A DNA stretch of 64,000 nt, from contig NC_042998.1 of the NCBI RefSeq assembly GCF_006345805.1, positions 20,026,001-20,090,000 of the forward strand, in the 5' to 3' direction. Under the pieces are notes generated by a model. It was given only the letters and a program-made list of their open reading frames with translations. It was not told where the DNA came from and searched no databases. Below, piece by piece: positions 12,975 to 24,812 of this stretch (position 1 is its first letter; every line of letters begins with the position of its first letter). A program made the position numbers and the translations under genes. Origin of the DNA: Octopus sinensis. Its lineage: Eukaryota.

Positions 12975-13388
12975 GGCGGCGAGCTGGCAGAAACGTTATC
13001 ACGCCAGGCGAAATGCTCAGCGGTATTTCGTCTGCCGTTACGTTTTGAGTTCAAATTCCGCCGAGGTCGACTTTGCCTTTCATCCTTTCGGGGTCGATAA
13101 ATTAAGTACCAGTTACGCACAGGGGTCGATATAGTTGACTTGATTCGTTTGTCTGTCCTTGTTTGTCCTCTCTGTGTTTAGCCCCTTGTGGGTAGTAAAG
13201 AAATATGTATTTCGTCTGCCGTTACGTTTTGAGTTCAAATTCCGCCGCGGTCGACTTTGCCTTTCATCCTTTCGGGGTCGATAACTTAAGTACCAGTTAC
13301 GCACTGGGGTCGATGTAATTGACTTAATCCGTTTGTCTGCCCTTGTTTGTCCCGTCTGTTTTTAGCCCCTTGTGGGTAGTAAAAAATA
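12975..13388 (+). mobile_element. SINE-A dimer with TSD
   Basis: Same junction as the other dimers. TSD AATATTATTACC at 12955-12966 and 13389-13400. Confidence 0.88.
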
Positions 13389-13561
13389 AATATTATTACC
13401 CACCGTTTAAAATTCTGCCAAGTTCAACTTTGCGATTTATATTTCTAGCGTTCGATAAAACATGCACCATTCAAGACCAGTCTATATAACTAAGTGATTG
13501 CTTTCGCCCCTGAATTTGTGTAATTGCGGTTATTTCAGAACACAACTATAACCTTGAATAA

Positions 13562-13748
13562 GGCTGCGAGTCGGCGGAATAGCTAGCACACCGAGGGAAA
13601 TGCTTAGAAGCACTTCATCCGTCTTTACGTTCTGGGTTCAAATACCGCCAATGTCCTTCCGGAGTCGATAAATAAGTGCCAGTTGATCGCGGGGGTTGAT
13701 GTAATCCACTTAACCCCTCCACCAAAACCGATGGCCAAAATTTGAAAC
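13562..13748 (+). mobile_element. SINE-A, degraded
   Basis: GGCTGCGAGTCGGCGGAATAGCTAGCAC head and GGGTTCAAATACC B box. Confidence 0.7.
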
Positions 13749-14039
13749 AGGTATTATCCTTGAATCTTTCAAGTCATATTAATGTCAACTTTGCCTTCTA
13801 AACTTCTGGGTTTGTAAGAGACATACCAGTCAAGTAATAAGTAAGATACAACCTGATACAAGAAATTTCACAGACAGCAATTAACTGACGATACTTTACC
13901 GCGGCACAATCCACCATTTAACAAATATAACTACATGTTCACAAGTTGAAATATTTGCAGATCAAACTTTTCTTTGGTATCTTCATGGAAATAATGATAT
14001 ATTCTTTTATCTTTCACTGCTTTCATTCAGTGAAGTGCG

Positions 14040-14325
14040 GTCATGATGGAGCACTGTCATGAAGCGTTTACTAGCAAAATCGACACCGGTACTAAATGTT
14101 TTAAGCCTGGTACTTATTCTAATGGTTTTCTTTGCCAAACTACTAAGTTACGAAGATGAAGTGGTAGGGGTGAACAAACAAAACACGAAGGCATACATAG
14201 ATATATACATATTTATACACGTACACAGACACATACACACATACTTATATCTGTGTACGCGCGCGTGTGTGTAGATACAGATATATCTGTACACATATAT
14301 ACACGCGCGCGTTTGTGTGTGTATA

Positions 14326-14393
<68 letters not shown>

Positions 14394-14760
14394 TTCACTA
14401 ACTGGGCCCAAGCGATTTTCCTTCTCCTTCCTTGGATTTTTCTATCTCCTTTCCGACGAAGAGCCATGCTCGAAACGTTAAAAGGTCTCTCCTTTCACTG
14501 AACATCAAACTAATATAATTCTTGAGCACGTCCTTCAGTTCGTTTATTTTTTCTTATTTCTTTCTTCGTTTTTTGTTAATTGTTTGTTCATTGAATTAAC
14601 TATATATAGATATATATATACATATATAGGAAAGGTTTCTTCCGGTTTCCGTCAACAAAATTCATTCACATGGATTTGGAAGTCCTGGGCTAAGACAGTA
14701 AACCCTTGCCCATGCAGGGTCCACGCGAAGGAACTGAACCCAAAACCGCGTGCCTTCGCC
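14040..14760 (-). mobile_element. Degraded SINE-B whose internal microsatellite region hosts a hammerhead-like repeat
   Basis: Tail-like sequence at 14040-14200 and head-like sequence at 14630-14760 flank TA/GA repeats and the 14392-14585 element. Confidence 0.5.
14392..14585 (+). mobile_element. Short repeat with a minimal hammerhead-like motif, probably a Penelope-like pseudo-LTR
   Basis: CCTTT-CCGACGA-A-GAGC(CAT)GCTC-GAAACGTT-A-AAAGG at 14448-14485. Related copies at 34466, 34945 and 56726. Confidence 0.6.
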
Positions 14761-14904
14761 CACGTTGACCTCAAACAAATTTAACACTATTTTTGTTTTA
14801 ATAATTGATATTTATATTCCCTGGAAAATATTTATCGGATCTTTTGCATTTTTTTAAGATTTTCAATGCAGATGAAGTTTTGTATTCGGATTACGGAAAT
14901 CACA

Positions 14905-15074
14905 GGCGTAGGCATGGCTGAATTGTTATGACGTACGCTTCACAACCATGTTATTTCGAGATAAGTCCCACGGTTCGGTGCTTTCGAAAATTGTCTTTCA
15001 CTATAGCCTAAGACTGACCAATGCCTTGTAACTAAATTTAGTAAATGGAAACCGCGTGGAAGCACGTCGCATAT

Positions 15075-15106
<32 letters not shown>

Positions 15107-15153
15107 CAAGTCGGAGCACTAACGAATTTGAATCAAACTGTTTTGATCCATAC

Positions 15154-15200
<47 letters not shown>

Positions 15201-15445
15201 CTCGCCCGCCCGCGCGCGTGTGTGTGTGCCAGGGTATGTATGAGTGTGTGCGAGTGTTTGTATCTTTCTGTTTCTCCCTCATCATTACTTGAGAATCAAT
15301 TTTGGTCTTTTTCTGCAAGGTGCCACAAAACAGGCCGATAGAATATACCAGACATAAGAAAAATCGTTGTCTCGATTTGATCCTTTAAACCCTTCAAAGT
15401 TGTACCCCCAGCATGATCGCAGGGCAATAACTGAAACCCGTGAAA
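14905..15445 (+). mobile_element. SINE-B, degraded
   Basis: GGCGTAGGCATGGCTG head, internal (TA)n, decayed CCCCAGCATG tail. Confidence 0.6.
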
Positions 15446-15479
15446 GATGAAAGGTGACTTAGGAAATACAAGAATTATG

Positions 15480-15840
15480 AAATATTTATTTTTTTTTTGT
15501 GAAATGTAACGTGTCTGAAATGGCACAACTTTCCAGAGGGGACTACGATAGCTGTTCTCATGGAGTTCGTGGTGTAGGTAGTGAATGATTTTTTTCTGAT
15601 GACGAATGTACGTATGTATTTCATTGATCGACGAAGGGTAAGACAGCGGAGGCGCGTGGGTAAATATATGTTCCTGGTGGTGTTGAGAATTATGATGTTT
15701 TTTAGGAGGGGTTTAAGGAAGCTTACCTAGCATCCGACTTCAGTACGTTTCTCCATGAGCTTGATTAACTCCCTAAGAGTTGCGAACTCGGCCTGGCCCA
15801 GGTGTAGAGATAGGAGGGTGTTGTAGTTCGCTGGAAGCAT
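15480..15840 (-). mobile_element. Decayed coding fragment resembling the N-terminus of a Penelope-like ORF; partial second copy at 18441-18581
   Basis: Translation LRELIKLMEKRTEVGC*VSFLKPLLKNIIILN resembles, from memory, the start of PLE ORFs. 15480-15623 aligns by eye with 18441-18581. Confidence 0.4.
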
Positions 15841-16098
15841 TGATTGATTGATTGATTGATTCTAGTTTCAGCTCACGAGCTGTGGCCATGCTGGGGCACC
15901 GCCATTTGGTGTTGCTACATGGTTTTACTTCACGAATGATTTTTAGCAACTGTCATTTGGTGCATGAGAGAGTTCGATGCAGCTGCCCTCATCTGCACCT
16001 CCTGCCATGAAGTTGGTTCATCTGGGATACCTGACAAGAAGAGATCCAGTTTCATTTTAAAGACATCTGCATCCACCCCATGCAGGTCTCTTAGGTTT
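15841..16098 (-). mobile_element. LINE-X (CR1-group) 3' end, severely 5'-truncated, (AATC)n tail
   Basis: Homologous to 32990-33233 (LRDLHGVD..FKMKLDLFLSGIPDEP), with tail GGCGGTGCCCCAGCATGGCC..GCTGAAAC. Confidence 0.88.
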
Positions 16099-16130
<32 letters not shown>

Positions 16131-18440
16131 ATTTGGCTCAAAAGCAAATAGCAAGGCCATGTAGGGGGACATGGACTTAAGTACAGGGTGGTGTTCATGT
16201 AAAGAATTCAGGCCACTTGAGGTCCAGGGAGGCTTTGAACAAAGCGGTCGTCGGCATCTTCACCATCTCGTCTGGCAGCTTGTTCCACGGATCCGCAACC
16301 CGGACGGAGAAAGCTCCTCTCCTTCGATTGAGATGAAATCGTCGCAGGTAGAGCTTTTCGGAATGACCCCGCAGCCGACGCTCCGGAGCAGGAGTGAGGA
16401 ACAGCTCTTTCGAGAGGTTACACTTCCCGCTTATGATGTTGTGGGCGAGAATGAGATCACTACGGCGGCGGCGTTTTTCAAGAGAACAAAGGTCGAGCGT
16501 CCTCAGCCTTTCTTCGTAGGACAAATTTTTGAGACCATGAACCATGCGGGTAGCCAGCCTCTGGACTCTTTCGAGGTGATGTATGTCTTTGAGGAGATAG
16601 GGAGAAGAGGCTTGAATCCCATACTCCAATATGGGTCTCACCAGCGTGACATAGAGTGGCAGGAATATGGCTGCTGTGAGCATTCCGAATGACCGTCGAA
16701 TCAAAAACAGAATTCCGCGCGCTTTGTTGGCAGCATGGACGCACTGGGCCGAAGGCGAAAAGGAGGAATCCACCAAGATACCCAGGTCCTTTACCTGATC
16801 GGTCCTCTCCAGCAGCAGACGACCCGGCTCGAAATCAAGTTGAGTTGCAGGAGTAGAGCCGACAGGCAGATGACAGCACTTTGACACGTTCAGACACAGG
16901 TCCCAATCGTTAGACCACTTCCAAATTTGGTGGAGGCATCGACGAAGATCCTCTATACTACCGCGAGGAGCGACCAGTTTGATATCGTCGGCAAATAGAA
17001 GGGTGTGTTGCGTGAGGTCGTCGGGCAAGTCATTTATGAAGACTAAGAACAACAAGGGCCCAAGCACTGAACCTTGAAGCACGCCACTGCTCGCACTGGA
17101 GACGTCGGACCGCGAACCATTAACTTGAACTTGGAAGGAGCGATCTGAGAGGAAGGCACCAACCCATCGTACAATATCCGGATGGAAACTATATGCTTGA
17201 AGCTTGACAAGTAGTAGGCGGTGGTTTACCGAGTCAAAAGCTTTGGCAAAGTCCAATAAAACGATGTCAACAGCATCACTATCATCGAGGATGCGCGTCA
17301 CCAATTCTTCCATTACTAGTAAGTTGGTCAAGCATGATCTCTTCGGCACGAAGCCGTGTTGGGAATCAGTGATCGAAGCTGTGTTTAGGAGGTGGAGCAT
17401 CATACTTTTCTTAAGGATGGTTTCGAACATCTTGCTGATTATTGATGTAAGGGAAACCGGTCGGTAGTTAAGCGGGTCTTCGCGGCTCCCTTTCTTGAAA
17501 ATTGGGCAGATTATCGCTGTTCTCCAGTCTGCAAGTATAACACCCGTCGCCAATGACATATTGAATAGTCGTGTTAAGGGCTCGCAAATGACCGGAGCCA
17601 ACGCTTTGATAACCCGTGGGTGTATGCTGTCAGGGCCGTGACCCTTGTTGACATCGAGGCCTTGAAAAACACGTTTGACTTGGTCCCGCGTGATGATCAA
17701 TCGAAGCATTGGAGGTACCGATCTATCAAATGGAGGGGGTTCACGACCATCATCTTGATTGAAAATAGTTGAAAAAGCCTCGGCAAATAATTGACTCTGT
17801 TGATAAGGGTCCTCAATCGATACGCCTGTTGAGTCTACCAATGTTGCAATCTGGTTGTTCAAGCGGGAATTCCGCTTGACATGGGCAAAGAAGGTTTTTG
17901 GATTGCTACTGGCATTTGCCGCGATTTTGTATTCATAACTGAAGCGTTCCTTCTTTTCAATTTTCACGGCTCGGTCTCGTTGAGTTTTGTACACCTCAAA
18001 AGCTGCAGTCGAATCCAGATTTTTGAATTCAGCCCAAGCAATATCTCTGAGTCGACGTTCTCGTTTAACCTTCTTCGTCACCCAGGGCTTGTGTTTCTTC
18101 CTCTTGGGAAGTCCAACGGGAACTGCCTGGTCAGTCAAACATATTACATATGCTTTGAGGGATGACCATAGTTCGTCAACTGAGGACAACGTCATCAGGG
18201 AACGCCAGTCCAGAAGCGCGGAAGCCTCGGTTAGAATTTCAAGATTAATTGCAGAGAAGACTCTACGTGGCAGCGAAGTAATCGTGGGCGTGGAAAAAGT
18301 TGTGTGCATGACGAACTTCAGGACCGCATGATCACTCTTGGCAAGAGGGACGCACACAGATACGTCTGACACTGATCTTGGATAGCGGGAGAATGCCAGA
18401 TCTAGCATAGATGGCTGCTGCCCATCTATGCTAGATCTGG
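16099..18440 (-). mobile_element. LINE-Y: 5'-truncated CR1-group non-LTR retrotransposon with (TAAC)n tail
   Basis: Contains the ORF below, a short 3'UTR and a (TAAC)n run at 16099-16130. Confidence 0.92.
16195..18423 (-). CDS. LINE ORF2 fragment: C-terminus of APE endonuclease plus complete reverse transcriptase, stop-free
   Basis: PSMLDL..SDHAVL (APE end), YRPVSLTS, QHGF, DFAKAFDSV, QGSVLGP, LFADD, KDLG, RGHS. The 763-aa track ORF includes about 21 non-LINE N-terminal residues. Confidence 0.93.
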   Translation of the reverse strand, partial: GQQPSMLDLAFSRYPRSVSDVSVCVPLAKSDHAVLKFVMHTTFSTPTITSLPRRVFSAINLEILTEASALLDWRSLMTLSSVDELWSSLKAYVICLTDQAVPVGLPKRKKHKPWVTKKVKRERRLRDIAWAEFKNLDSTAAFEVYKTQRDRAVKIEKKERFSYEYKIAANASSNPKTFFAHVKRNSRLNNQIATLVDSTGVSIEDPYQQSQLFAEAFSTIFNQDDGREPPPFDRSVPPMLRLIITRDQVKRVFQGLDVNKGHGPDSIHPRVIKALAPVICEPLTRLFNMSLATGVILADWRTAIICPIFKKGSREDPLNYRPVSLTSIISKMFETILKKSMMLHLLNTASITDSQHGFVPKRSCLTNLLVMEELVTRILDDSDAVDIVLLDFAKAFDSVNHRLLLVKLQAYSFHPDIVRWVGAFLSDRSFQVQVNGSRSDVSSASSGVLQGSVLGPLLFLVFINDLPDDLTQHTLLFADDIKLVAPRGSIEDLRRCLHQIWKWSNDWDLCLNVSKCCHLPVGSTPATQLDFEPGRLLLERTDQVKDLGILVDSSFSPSAQCVHAANKARGILFLIRRSFGMLTAAIFLPLYVTLVRPILEYGIQASSPYLLKDIHHLERVQRLATRMVHGLKNLSYEERLRTLDLCSLEKRRRRSDLILAHNIISGKCNLSKELFLTPAPERRLRGHSEKLYLRRFHLNRRRGAFSVRVADPWNKLPDEMVKMPTTALFKASLDLKWPEFFT

Positions 18441-19141
18441 AATGTTTGTGTATTGTTTGTGAAATGTAGCGTATATGGAATGGCACAACACTGCTGAGGA
18501 GACTAGAATAACTGTTCTCGTGGAGTTGGTAGTGGAGATAGTGTATGATTTTTCTGATGACGAATGTACGTATGTATTTCAGTTTTTTTTTTTATTTTTA
18601 TCGAACAAGGAGCCTAAAAGTGCCAATTAGAGAATGTAAACTTTACGTAACCTTGAAAGATGTGAAAAGAAAAATTATATGGGATGTACTAGAAGAAAAG
18701 AACCCAAACGATCAATTTTCTGAGTAACTGCAATTCTCGTATGTGAGATGCCTCGTAATTTTGCTGAGATAGAAGTCATACACTTGTACCACAACGCTGA
18801 TTACGTGTTTATTAAAGTCAGTTCCGAGTGGTTTCCATTTGTATGTATTTATCAGGTAAGAAATATTTCTCTAAATAGCTTTAAGAACAAGGGTATACAG
18901 ATATGCGCATTTTTATATTAAAGCAAATTATTCCGTATCCCGTATAATTCTGTTTTAATGCTCTCAGAATTAATTTAACTTACATGTATACACGCTCTAT
19001 TTAAAAGCTTTATTATAATAGATGTTTACATTGCTGATGGCTGAGATATGAGATGCCATAATACATACATGCATATTAACATGTATTAAATTATTAATTA
19101 TAATAGGCTTCTGATTGGTGGTAGCAATTATCTATTACTTT

Positions 19142-19469
19142 CTATAGGTGTGTTCGTATGTGTGTACCCGCGTATGTGTGTGCGCGCGTGTGTGTGTATG
19201 TGCGTGTGTATGCGCACACGCGTGATGTGTGTATATTATATATGTATTTGTGTATATATATATACATGTATATATATATACGTGTGTTTATATATATGTA
19301 TGCCTGTATGTATATATATACATATACATACACGTACATATATATATATATATATGTACACACACATACATACATATATATATGCACACATACACACACA
19401 CACCACACGTGTGCATACACACACGCGCACACACATACATATATACATACATACACATATATATGTGTG

Positions 19470-19537
<68 letters not shown>

Positions 19538-19552
19538 CATATAGATACATAT
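19142..19552. repeat. (TG)n/(TA)n/(CA)n compound microsatellite field
   Basis: Direct inspection. Confidence 0.95.
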
Positions 19553-20270
19553 TAGTATTTATTTGTTATTAGCTTTAAGGCCATATAACAACCATCTTAC
19601 CATTATGTAATATGATATTTACTGTATGAAAAATATTAGATACAAATAGTTATGCAAATTTACCTTGTATTATGTCACTGGATTTTATCGGTTTATAATC
19701 AAAATCTTTTCTCTAGAAACTCGTAGTTTTCGTCAAAATTTATATTTCAATTAGTGATTCGGATATTAAAACAATCATCTACGTATGATTATTACTTTCG
19801 ATAACTCTTTATGATTAAAGAAAATTACATTATTTCATTCGATGGAGCGATGGTTAATCTAAATTGTACGGAAATTTGCAAGCTAATTGGTCTTTGTATT
19901 GCAAGCATTCATAGAGCGGAAAACCAATGTCAGCTATGGCAAGTATTAACAAATACATCCATAAATACGCATGCGTACATAAATCAGAATTCAAGCGAAT
20001 GCTTACGTATGTACATAGATATGGTTTCGGCCACACATATATGAATATGCATGCCTGTTCAGATACTTAAATATAAATATATATATATGTGTGTGGGTGT
20101 GTGTGTGTGTGTGTGCAAGTGTGTGTCCGTGTGTGTGCGTATCTGTTAATGCTTCTGTGTGCGTGTGTTAATGCGTATGCGTTAGTGTCTTGATTATCAA
20201 AACAATTTTACATTAAATTGAAGAATTACTCATTACACACACACAAACACACTCACATTCACACACACAG

Positions 20271-20325
<55 letters not shown>

Positions 20326-20796
20326 ATAACATGAGAATTTAGAAACTATGAGAAAATGTGAAATAATTCCTTTTCAACGATTGAATGCGAAATAATAAAA
20401 ATAGCTATAAATCTTTTCGTGATATTGTTGGGTTAAAAAACATTATTTTCACCTACAATATTCCAAGCAGTTATATATATATATAAGTTAAAATCAGTCC
20501 GTTGATCTTCAGGCTTGTGTCAGTATGTTATGCTACTAGGCTCTAACTGACCAACTCTTATACCCATAGGTGTCCCTTCATTGCAAAGAAAAACTAGATT
20601 ATGTTTCCCTAAGCATTGAAAATAACTCTAGAAATTTATTCTTAATTTCTGGAAATTATCTATTTGTTTCTTTTAGTGACGTTAACCGTTGATATTTGTT
20701 GTTTTGCTCTTCGTTGTTTTTTGTTGTGGTGGTGGTTTTGCTTGCTTCCTCCGATTTAGACCATTCGATAGTGTTTCTCTCTCTCCCTCTCTCTCT

Positions 20797-20829
<33 letters not shown>

Positions 20830-20864
20830 GCTCACTCTCCCCTTTTAACTTTCCCGTTATCTGA

Positions 20865-22046
<1,182 letters not shown>

Positions 22047-22934
22047 ACACATATACATTGAACAAAATCACAATATTCATTGAAAATGACAAACATGTAT
22101 ATCGGATTCTATTCATTTTAAACAAACATGTCTTTGAGGCTCTTTAATACAATTGCAACATGCTAATCAAAATCATAATGCTGCCTGGACATTGTGGAGA
22201 CCACAAAGCTACGTTTCGATAAGAAGAAAACATTCTATTTCAGAATTTCACTATACAAAATGTGACCTATTTATTATTTAACTTGAAACTTATACAATCA
22301 AATTGTCGCGCTTTCACTCGGAACTCGCTTATCACTCGTTTCATACCCTTTCATGTTCTCTCTCTTTCTTTTCATCTTGCTCTTCCCAATCTCCCCATCC
22401 TCTCCCCCCCCCTTTAACTTTCTCGTTATCTTGTAATTCTCCGAGACATGCTTCTTCTGTCTGATAAAATATTTCTTTTTTTTTTCGTCTAGGTTTACAG
22501 TACAGCTTATATATTTTTCAATAGAGATAGTTACTATTGTTCGGCTACAGATTTTCGTTTCCAACTTTAGACAGAAAGCAATATCGGAATCTACTTCTTA
22601 TCTCTGTATCCGTGGTAGGGTTTAAAGTTCAATAATATATAAATAGATAGAACTTTTGCCATTATTCCATAATAATACCTATATCTCTTTTCGCAATATG
22701 TATATGGAATCTATATATCTTTTACCTATATATCCTAGGTACAGTTTAAAGTTCAATATTATATTTATATAGATTTTTTTCTTTACTCTTAGAATTACCC
22801 ATAACTGTTTGGCCAATATATAAGCATAAGTGAGTAATGTATCTACACACATATATATCGACATATTCTGATATAATTGTGTGTGTCCGTGTGTCCGGAT
22901 GTTTTAGTTTCTTCTATTGCGTTTTTGTTCCAAT

Positions 22935-22972
<38 letters not shown>

Positions 22973-22989
22973 TATATATATAATATATA

Positions 22990-23168
22990 TATAAAATATT
23001 ATTAGAGACAAAACCACTATTTTGCAAAACAAACAAGGAAAGACTTAATCAATACATAAAATTTTAATAAATAGTCAAATTGACTATTTATTAAAATTTT
23101 ATGTATTGATTAAGTCTTTCCTTGTTTGTTTTGCAAAATAGTGGTTTTGTCTCTAATAATATTTTATA
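22990..23168. repeat. Perfect 179-bp palindrome (89-bp arms, 1-nt centre) inside (TA)n
   Basis: 22990-23078 is the exact reverse complement of 23080-23168. About 80 bp of unique extension follows before (TA)n resumes. Confidence 0.93.
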
Positions 23169-23593
23169 ATATTTTACTATAAAATTGGATTTAATCCTAA
23201 ATCTGATTTTTTCCCTTTAAATTTGGATTTATTCCCTAATATTTATTATATATATATATATATATATCATGCATATAACACATTTTGTTTTGAAGATATT
23301 GGTGCTTTTATAGTTTACTTTTATTTTCTAAATAGTTTTCATATTGGTTCTATGGTTGTATATGTTAAGATTGGAACAATACAATAGCATTCCCAGATCA
23401 ATCTACTTTTTCCCCACTTCCTTGTTTTCATTATAATAATGAGATGATCGCGATGACGATCTCATCCTGCATTCTGTCACATGCAGGAAAAAATCACACC
23501 AATAATATTGCAAATAAAATCATCGTTAGAATTGAAATCGTTTAAGAGTTCAGTTCCGATAGATTTTATAGATTTGTTTTTTCAAGTGTACCA

Positions 23594-23718
23594 TAGTAGT
23601 GTGTTTGTATTGTAGTAGTGTGTTTGTATAGTAGTGTGTTTGTATAGTAGTGTGTTTGTATTGTAGTAGTGTGTTTGTATTGTAGTAGTGTGTTTGTATA
23701 GTAATGTGTTTGTATTGT
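23594..23718. repeat. Minisatellite of 16/19-bp units TAGTAGTGTGTTTGTA(TTG), about 7 copies
   Basis: Direct inspection. Confidence 0.9.
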
Positions 23719-24049
23719 ACTTTTAACATTGCTTTTATAGTTAATTTATAAATTTCGTGTGGGATTTTTTATAGAATAGTAACGCTAATAAATAATGTGA
23801 TTTTGTATGTAGTTTTGCTTTGTTTATTACATTAAAATGTTTTGCAAATATCTGCAATTGTAAATGCTCGGTCTGCCTACGATAAAGACAGGTACGTGAG
23901 TGGCATTATAATAACTGAACTTTACAACTTTCACGTTTATACTAAAACGTATATTTGCACTCCATTTAAGTGTGAATATTCTGTTAGAACAGACTTCACT
24001 GGGGTGGTTACCATGCGAGAAACTCCCATAGTATAGTAAATACCGCAGT

Positions 24050-24352
24050 ACAGCTTATCTTAGCTCTGCGTATTAATACTGCCTCTATTCCCGGACCTAG
24101 CTGCGTGTTGTGAGCAAGACAATTTATTTCACGCTTCTCCAGTTAACTCAGCCGTGGAAGTGAGTTGCGACATCACTGGTGCCAAGCCGAATTGGCCTCT
24201 GCCTTTCACTTGGATATACAGCAGAAGTGTGGAGAGATGAGTCTCCTACGCATGGGCGACTGCCGGCCTTCCATAAGAACAACCTTGTCTCGGAGGGTAG
24301 CTTTCTAGGTGCAATAACATGATTGTTCGTTCATGACCGAAGGGGGTCTCCT
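24050..24352 (+). mobile_element. SINE-D (CORE-like), degraded
   Basis: GTTGTGAGCAAGACAAT..CTCCAGTTAACTCAGCCGTGGAAGTGAGT resembles the CORE domain. Ends CATGACCGAAGGGGGTCTC before (TA)n. Confidence 0.5.
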
Positions 24353-24387
<35 letters not shown>

Positions 24388-24574
24388 TAAGTAGTTGAAT
24401 GAATTATCCTAGTATGGATAATTCGGTTAACCGATACCCGGGTAGCAAATTTACGTCAGAATGCACGGTTGAAGCTACAGTCCAAGGGCAGAAATCACGT
24501 GCTTTCGTGTGGAAATTTGTGTGTTTTTTTACTATAGATAAATGAAAGAAAGGAGTCGAACGACGATTTAACAA

Positions 24575-24670
24575 AATTCCTTTATTCTCGACACATGTTT
24601 CGAAGACTGCATATTCTTAATTCCGAAGGAATAAAGGGTGCATTATGCCGTCTTCTCATCAGGAAAGACA
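24575..24670 (-). ncRNA. Type I hammerhead ribozyme with intact catalytic core and GUC cleavage triplet
   Basis: Minus strand: UUUC-CUGAUGA-GAAGAC..GUCUUC-GAA-ACAUGUGU-C-GAGA. Core 24662-24656, stem II 24655-24650 with 24607-24602, predicted cleavage between 24590 and 24589. Confidence 0.8.
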
Positions 24671-24745
24671 AGGCACTTATGTCAGCATCATGACGAACAA
24701 AAACTTTTAGATGACTGCCCACACGGAGTCCATAGTAATAATCAT

Positions 24746-24777
<32 letters not shown>

Positions 24778-24781
24778 ATAT

Positions 24782-24812
<31 letters not shown>

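Noticed and set aside
15596-15612. CTGATGACGAA (also at 18554) as a hammerhead core
   Set aside because: No stem II between the core halves, and it lies antisense to a decayed coding segment.
18424-18486. Start of the 763-aa ORF (GTG at 18486) as a genuine protein start
   Set aside because: It derives from flank plus the inverted junction. The LINE lacks most of the APE and all of ORF1, so it is not autonomous.
18840-18865. TTTATCAG|GTAAGA as a recursive splice site
   Set aside because: Poor pyrimidine tract; expected by chance in 64 kb.
22298-22864. Lys-rich ORFs as a GIY-YIG or Penelope remnant
   Set aside because: No convincing motif; low-complexity AT-rich sequence.
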